Shown here: piece by piece, positions 62,905-64,000 of the stretch
How positions within the stretch are numbered: the stretch's first letter is position 1
Layout: every line of letters starts with the position of its first letter
Assembly: GCA_964556885.1 (NCBI GenBank)
Contig: CAZKYP010000001.1
Location: 2,122 to 66,121 of the forward strand
Direction: 5' to 3'
Length of the DNA: 64,000 nucleotides
Origin: an uncultured Pirellulales bacterium
GTDB lineage: Bacteria > Planctomycetota > Phycisphaerae > Sedimentisphaerales > Anaerobacaceae
Translations under genes and position numbers: made by a program
The notes under the pieces: generated by a model
Told to the model about the DNA's origin: nothing
The model's input: only the letters and a program-made list of their open reading frames with translations
The model's database searches: none

Positions 62905-64000
62905 ATGTCGGTAATTATACGAATTTCATCAGTAATCATAATATTATTCATGTGTCTGGTCGGCTCTGTACAGGCCCAGGGAGTGACGTCCCTTGTTATC
63001 AACGAAATTATGGCTTCTAATACCGAATGTGTTCAGGATCCACAGGGCCAGTATGACGACTGGGTTGAGCTTTATAACAGCGGCACAGTTCCGGTGAATG
63101 CGGGCGGATTGTATTTGACTGATAATTTATCGGTGCCTACCAAATGGCAGATTCCAACCGATAATCCGTCTGCTACCGTTATACCGGCACGAGGATATCT
63201 GTTGATCTGGGCCGACAATGATACAACCGATACAGGTCTGCATGCGAATTTCAAACTCGATATCGGTGGTGAGGAAATCGGTTTGTATGACAGTGATGGT
63301 CTTACGCTGGTAGATACTGTAACTTTTGATAACCAGGCAAACAACATATCATACGGACGATTTCCGAATGGCGATGACAACTGGCAGTTGTTTACTATCC
63401 CGAGTCCCGGAGCGACAAATGATTATATAGGTCAGGTCGAAGCCCTAAGGTTCAGTCATAATCGCGGCTTCTATGATGAACTATTTTATCTGACAATTGC
63501 AACTGAAACCGAGGGAGTATCAATATACTATACTCTCGACGGCAGATCGCCTTATAACGATGAAACTGGTATTGCCAGAGGCATGCGTTATACCGAACCT
63601 TTACCTATCACCCAGACTACGTGTCTGCGGGCAGTCGCGATAAAATCCGGGTTCAAACCTACAAAAATTGAAACGCATACGTATATCTTCCTGGCGGATG
63701 TAATAACACGCAGCCAGCAGGATGTTCTTAATGTCGGTTATCCGGATACGTGGTTTCCACCGTATCCGGCTGATTATGAGATGGACCCAGAAATTTATAA
63801 CGATCCGGATTACCGGGATCTGATGGACGATGCACTGTTGGCGATTCCCACCCTTTCAATTACAACTGACAAAGACAATCTTTTTAGCAATATAAGAGAT
63901 CCTGAAAAAGGTGGCATTTATATTTATGATGGTCACTCAAGCACAGGAGGAGAGGATTGGGAACGTCCGGTTTCGGCTGAGTTCTTTACAAAAAATGGGG
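62905..64000 (+). CDS. Secreted lamin-tail-domain (LTD) / CotH-family protein, 5' partial (runs off the window)
   Basis: An open frame runs from the ATG at 62905 to the window end. It is absent from the ORF track because it has no stop. It has a signal peptide and the LTD motif LVINEIMASN...DDWVELYNSG...GLYLTD...GYLLIWAD...NFKLDIGGEEIGLY...ISYGRFPNG. A CotH-like start follows (IPTLSITTDKDNLFS...ERPVSAEFF). Confidence 0.8.
   Translation, partial: MSVIIRISSVIIILFMCLVGSVQAQGVTSLVINEIMASNTECVQDPQGQYDDWVELYNSGTVPVNAGGLYLTDNLSVPTKWQIPTDNPSATVIPARGYLLIWADNDTTDTGLHANFKLDIGGEEIGLYDSDGLTLVDTVTFDNQANNISYGRFPNGDDNWQLFTIPSPGATNDYIGQVEALRFSHNRGFYDELFYLTIATETEGVSIYYTLDGRSPYNDETGIARGMRYTEPLPITQTTCLRAVAIKSGFKPTKIETHTYIFLADVITRSQQDVLNVGYPDTWFPPYPADYEMDPEIYNDPDYRDLMDDALLAIPTLSITTDKDNLFSNIRDPEKGGIYIYDGHSSTGGEDWERPVSAEFFTKNG

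Noticed and set aside
1-64000. A search for CRISPR arrays, rRNA or tRNA genes, insertion sequences, integrases, toxin-antitoxin modules or recognisable phage-defence modules.
   Set aside because: I saw no direct-repeat/spacer periodicity, no tRNA-like cloverleaf candidates in the non-coding gaps, and no transposase, integrase or nuclease/ATPase defence signatures in any ORF translation.

Overview
The window is a flagellar biosynthesis super-locus with a large sugar and protein modification island embedded in it. I cannot name the organism from sequence alone. The DNA is moderately AT-rich and uses Shine-Dalgarno sites.

Layout from left to right:
- fliO-fliP-fliQ-fliR-flhB on the + strand.
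- A convergent fliD.
- A roughly 27 kb block of 19 minus-strand genes. It holds a single 3053-aa glycosyltransferase/methyltransferase/TPR polyprotein, a heptose-type nucleotide-sugar module, three radical SAM enzymes, several SAM methyltransferases, a split transketolase and three TPR-glycosyltransferase fusions.
- The minus-strand rod/hook/ring operon flgD-flgE-(PilZ gene)-flgF-flgG-flgA-flgH-flgI-flgJ(rod-binding only)-flgN-flgK-flgL.
- A + strand regulatory and export block: a FleQ-like sigma-54 activator, two large TPR envelope proteins, a second response-regulator sigma-54 activator, fliL-fliM-fliN-flhA, a small membrane protein, fliA, small proteins, two lipoproteins and flgM.
- A right edge unrelated to motility: a zinc-ribbon protein, a GH130 enzyme and a partial LTD/CotH protein.

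I read five equally spaced sigma-54 (-24/-12) promoter motifs directly from the sequence. Two of them sit inside the modification island. I also found two sigma-28-like promoters, upstream of fliD and flgM.

The window contains no flagellin, fliS, flhF/flhG, sensor kinase, rRNA, tRNA, CRISPR array or transposase.

The main lead is the sigma-54-wired modification island, including its giant multi-catalytic enzyme. It sits between flgL and fliD, where many flagellar loci carry flagellin and fliS.

All family calls come from motif and architecture recognition by eye, not from database searches.
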